Below are positions 16,615-20,000 of a stretch of DNA of 20,000 bases, piece after piece. A program made the position numbers and the translations under genes. The DNA is from Pseudomonadota bacterium (GTDB lineage Bacteria; Pseudomonadota; Alphaproteobacteria; Paracaedibacterales; CAIOTO01). The notes under the pieces are model-generated. The model was given only the letters and a program-made list of their open reading frames with translations. It did not search any database and was not told the origin of the DNA. Where the stretch lies: positions 175,182 through 195,181 of the forward strand of contig JAZKDQ010000003.1 in NCBI GenBank assembly GCA_040387495.1, given 5' to 3'. Position 1 is the first letter of the stretch, and every line of letters begins with the position of its first letter.

Positions 16615-17889
16615 ATGAAAAATCAATTTATTAAAAAAAACGGACCTATTTTTGGCGCAATTTTTTTGGGCGTATATCTTGGTATTTATCAGAAAGCTTT
16701 CAGTCAAAATCTGGAAATTATTTCAGAGATTTATTTATCCACCATTTCTTTTACAATTATACCAATTACTTTGACTCTTCTTGCTTTTAGCATAAGCTCT
16801 CTTATGACAACAACAACACTTTCTATGTCCGCGCGTCGTGTGTGGATGATTATTATAGGAGCTTTGTTTGTTGGCACAGGTATTGCGGTGGGGACAGCGT
16901 CGCTCTGGATTCACTTACAACATTTGTACGCAGCAGGCGCACCGTTAGTACCTAATTTGTCAACGAATGCAGCGAAAACGATTCATTATTTGTCAGTAAA
17001 CGACACGTTGGGCGATCTTAATAACATTCGTTTTGATACTTTTATTGCTACTTTGATACCTAAAAATATCTTCAACTCATTAGCGACAGGCAATAGCTTA
17101 CAAGTTTTTGTCATTTCAGTAATGATTGGTATGGCAATAAGCACACGAACTCCAGAACAACGAGCATCAATTTTAAATAGCTTTTCTTCAATTCGATCAA
17201 TTTTTACTGCTATTTTACAAGCTTCTCTTAGTATTCTTCCAATTGGTTTGGTGGCTATTATATCTACGAGTTTGCTAAAAATAGAGGCATCACTTTTCTT
17301 AGCTATGCTGCCTTTTGTATATTGGCTCTTCGCTGCTTATGGGATTTTAGCTATTATTTCTTTGATTATTTTAAAATGTTATAGTCCTCTTTCCATTACA
17401 GAAATGCTAAAAGCAACTCGCGAAGCACTCTACGTATCTTTTTCAACAGGCAGCAACCAAGCTGCATTACCTCTCCTTATGGATGCCCTTGAAGAAAAGG
17501 TGGGTTTTAAGAAAGCTCAAATTGAAACCATAATCCCGTTATTTGTTATCGTATGTCGCGTAACGAGTGCTTCGTACTTTGCTTTTACCAGTGTTTTTAT
17601 TGCTGCTGTTTATAATATACCACTTGAACCTATGCAATATCTTTTCATCATGTTTGCCGCAGTTTTGGCGAGCTTGGCTTCATCGGGGTCAAATAGTTTA
17701 GTTGGATTTTCCATGATTACACTTATTCTCAATCCCTTAGGAGTTCCTTTAGGTGAAGTTGGTGCAATTCTTTTGATATTGGAACCATTTATTGATCCAT
17801 TTCGTACAGCACTTTCTATGCTTATTGTGACCAGTCTTTCCTGCGTAATTTTAGACAAAAAAGGCGAGCTTAAAGAGGTTGCAGCATGA
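16615..17889 (+). CDS. Dicarboxylate/amino acid:cation symporter (DAACS/SDF) family protein, divergent
   Basis: Polytopic membrane protein with IPKNIFNSL..GNSLQV, HP1-like FSTGSNQAALP, TM7 IIPL...ASY..SVFIA and TM8 DPFRT. ATG 16615 is preferred over GTG 16606 because GAGAGAG lies 8 nt upstream. Confidence 0.85.
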   Translation: MKNQFIKKNGPIFGAIFLGVYLGIYQKAFSQNLEIISEIYLSTISFTIIPITLTLLAFSISSLMTTTTLSMSARRVWMIIIGALFVGTGIAVGTASLWIHLQHLYAAGAPLVPNLSTNAAKTIHYLSVNDTLGDLNNIRFDTFIATLIPKNIFNSLATGNSLQVFVISVMIGMAISTRTPEQRASILNSFSSIRSIFTAILQASLSILPIGLVAIISTSLLKIEASLFLAMLPFVYWLFAAYGILAIISLIILKCYSPLSITEMLKATREALYVSFSTGSNQAALPLLMDALEEKVGFKKAQIETIIPLFVIVCRVTSASYFAFTSVFIAAVYNIPLEPMQYLFIMFAAVLASLASSGSNSLVGFSMITLILNPLGVPLGEVGAILLILEPFIDPFRTALSMLIVTSLSCVILDKKGELKEVAA

Positions 17890-19001
17890 TAAGCACTCTG
17901 CAGCCATTTGATGCATTTTGTGCCTGGGGATATGATTCCTCAGTCATAAAGATGTTGGATCGTTTGACTTGGAGACAGAAAAAAATAGATGTAGTTGCAA
18001 ATAACATTGCTCAGATTAAAGGTATTATAGAAAAGAATAAGGATGCTTCTTCTTTAGGAACATCCATTATTTTCTTAAATGTAACATCTTTGAATACAGA
18101 CTATTCGTGTTCATTTTTTATTGGTCTTTTGCCATTTGCGAATCATAAAATTTATAAGCATGAACGTACACGTATTAGTAAAACAGAAGCTTATGAAAAG
18201 TTAATGAATCAATATCAATTGCAAGTGTCCCCCATTATGCTGTTGCGCGAAAATTCAACGGTTTTTGACCATTTATCGATGGATATTCTAAAGACACCTC
18301 CTATGCGTACGTATAGCGAGAATGATTTGCGATTTGATATATATGCATGCACGGATGCGAATCAACTTAAAGAAATTCAAGAGCTATCTTCTGAGGACGA
18401 ATGTTTTTTTCTTGCTGATGGACACCATCGTTATTCATATTTTGAAAAGCATGCAGATAAGCACCCACTGTGTATGGTCGCGATGACAACAATTGATCAA
18501 CAACAAATGACTGTATGCCCTCGTGCGTTGCATTGTCCGTCTCGGTATTCAACGGAAGAGATTTTACATCGGTTGTCTCACTATTTTCATATTTCTGAAT
18601 CAGCAGAGGATCCATCGAATAATTATGTACTTATTTGGGATAAAAAAGAATTTACTTTGCGTTTAAGAGATACGTTTAAAAATGAAGATCCACTGTGTTT
18701 CTTCTCATCTTTTATCACAGATGAACTTATTTTCAAGCATGCATTTGGACACGATGCTCTGCAAGATCGTGAGATTCGGGGCATTGCAGGTCATTGTAAA
18801 ATCCAAGATGCAAATGAAGTCCTTGTAAAGCTGAATGGTAAAGATGAAGTTCTTGTTTTTCCTCCCCTTTTTGACAAACATTTATTGTTAGATCATGCGA
18901 CGGATAATTTTTTCTTGCCAACTACATCCACTTGTTTTTCACCAAAAATACCTGATGGGCTTATTGTTTTTGACTCATCCTTTGGGCTAGGCATAAGATA
19001 A
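17886..19001 (+). CDS. DUF1015 family protein (ParB/Srx-like GHHR motif), divergent
   Basis: IYKHERT, SPIML, FLADGHHRY and C-terminal STCFSPKIPDGL match my recollection of the DUF1015 motifs (HExT, ADGHHR, STxFxPKxxxGL). ATGA overlap with the DAACS gene. Confidence 0.78.
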   Translation: MISTLQPFDAFCAWGYDSSVIKMLDRLTWRQKKIDVVANNIAQIKGIIEKNKDASSLGTSIIFLNVTSLNTDYSCSFFIGLLPFANHKIYKHERTRISKTEAYEKLMNQYQLQVSPIMLLRENSTVFDHLSMDILKTPPMRTYSENDLRFDIYACTDANQLKEIQELSSEDECFFLADGHHRYSYFEKHADKHPLCMVAMTTIDQQQMTVCPRALHCPSRYSTEEILHRLSHYFHISESAEDPSNNYVLIWDKKEFTLRLRDTFKNEDPLCFFSSFITDELIFKHAFGHDALQDREIRGIAGHCKIQDANEVLVKLNGKDEVLVFPPLFDKHLLLDHATDNFFLPTTSTCFSPKIPDGLIVFDSSFGLGIR

Positions 19002-19081
19002 AACAGAAATTTGAATTAAGATGTGCCTGAAAAGTTTAGCCCGGCGCCATTACTCTCTCTTTCTAATGTAGTAACCAAAAT

Positions 19082-19103
19082 AGAGATTGAAGAATCTCTT
19101 TTT
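19082..19103 (+). terminator. Possible intrinsic terminator of the four-gene operon
   Basis: AGAGATT-GAAG-AATCTCT followed by TTTT. The stem is AU-rich. Confidence 0.45.
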
Positions 19104-19107
19104 ATAC

Positions 19108-19968
19108 GGGTTTGTTGCACGAATAGAAATTACATAAAACTTGGTGTACGCTTGGCTGTAAATCATTATAAATGATCACTTTCATGTCTTATACTCTTAA
19201 AGATCCTGTTCGCCATAAATTCACAAAGAAATCTTACAATGTACGTGATTGGGCAAAATATGATGAAGGTCTTAAAAACCGTGGAAGCTTGACGACTTGG
19301 TTTTCCGAAGATGCCATTTCTGCATGGAATCATGTCAAACCTGACAAAATGAAACGTGGAGGACAGCGTGTTTATTCAGATCTTGCGATTGAAACTGCCC
19401 ATACTCTTCGTTTGGTTTACAAGCAACCCTTGCGTCAAACGGAAGGATTGCTCACATCGATTATGCAGCTTCTTAGCATAGATTTACCCATTCCAGATTA
19501 TACAACCTTATCCAGGCGCGCCAAACGGATTGTCCTTTCAAAACAACCAAAAGCTTCATCGGATTCACGTGTCGTTATTGTAGATAACACCGGTTTGCAA
19601 GTTGTTGGAGAAAAGGAATGAATGAACCACAAACACGGTACAAAGCAGCGGAAATTCTGGCGTAAACTACATTTAGCCATTAATGAAGACGGTGAAATCT
19701 TAAGTGCAACCCTTACAACACATCATGAGAGCGATGTAAGCCAAGTACCTAATTTGCTTGCCGAAATTGATTCGCCAATCGATACATTTTATGGAGATGC
19801 TGGCTGATATGATCATCCAGGAACATACGCAGCTCTTGATAATCATGAACAACGTTTTAATCAAGAAACATCTATTCGAACGGTGATCCCTCCGAATCTT
19901 GGTTTTAGGCCACTCCAGGAAAGTGATTCTGAAAAGCGCGCCTCGATTTTCTTTTGTGCAACATGTAT
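19108..19968 (+). mobile_element. Decayed IS5-family (IS903 group) insertion sequence
   Basis: Left end GGGTTTGTTGCACGAATAGAAAT resembles IS903-type GGCTTTGTTG. A partial inverted copy (ATTTTCTTTTGTGCAACA) lies at 19946-19963. The two enclose a transposase remnant. No target duplication seen. Confidence 0.8.
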
Positions 19969-19975
19969 CTGGTAA
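19172..19975 (+). pseudogene. IS5/IS903-group DDE transposase pseudogene
   Basis: DWAKYDEGLKNRGSLTTW, YSDLAIET, LRQTEG, PDYTTLSRR, IVDNTGL, WRKLHLAI, GDAG*YD and VIPP, all in one frame. In-frame TGA stops at 19619 and 19805. Similarity is lost after about 19940 and the C-terminal catalytic Glu region is missing. Confidence 0.9.
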
Positions 19976-20000
19976 TTAAGCTTATAAAGGAGTAGCTATT

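Noticed and set aside
2048..18921. Remaining 60-113 aa ORFs nested in or antisense to the called genes
   Set aside because: They are fully overlapped by well-supported CDSs and show no motifs or RBS evidence.
19021..19071. 16-codon ORF MCLKSLARRHYSLFLM after DUF1015
   Set aside because: No RBS and too short to support from sequence alone.
19619..19807. UGA recoding (genetic code 4 or readthrough) in the transposase
   Set aside because: Four other Trp codons in the same gene are TGG, the host uses TGA as stop (tolR, tolA, ABC-F, DAACS), and the gene is also truncated. Nonsense mutation is simpler.
1..20000. CRISPR array, tRNA or rRNA genes
   Set aside because: No regularly spaced direct repeats with unique spacers and no tRNA/rRNA-like segments seen. 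The repeats found are intragenic coding repeats.

Overview
AT-rich bacterial window with an alphaproteobacterial gene complement. A host-associated Holosporales/Rickettsiales-like lineage is my inference, not something shown directly. Left to right: 3' part of engB; an orphan Zn/Mn ABC substrate-binding protein; ybgC-tolQ-tolR-tolA with no adjacent tolB/pal; an AmpD-like amidase coupled to a chloramphenicol-phosphotransferase-like kinase, divergent from an Msr/Vga-sized ABC-F ATPase; birA; pfkA; an 861-aa autotransporter-repeat protein with no beta-barrel and a CtrA-like box at its promoter; tgt with a GGSLG pocket; a tightly coupled four-gene operon; and a decayed IS5-family (IS903-group) element. 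The four-gene operon (13327-19001) is the best candidate for an undescribed system. It encodes an amino-acid-type periplasmic binding protein with no ABC partners, a membrane dCache-HAMP class III adenylate cyclase, a DAACS/GltPh-family transporter that keeps substrate-binding residues but has lost its Na+-coupling residues, and a DUF1015 (ParB/Srx-type GHHR) enzyme. Together these suggest an amino-acid sensing, cAMP and metabolite-modification module. All family calls come from motif recognition by eye; no database searches were run.
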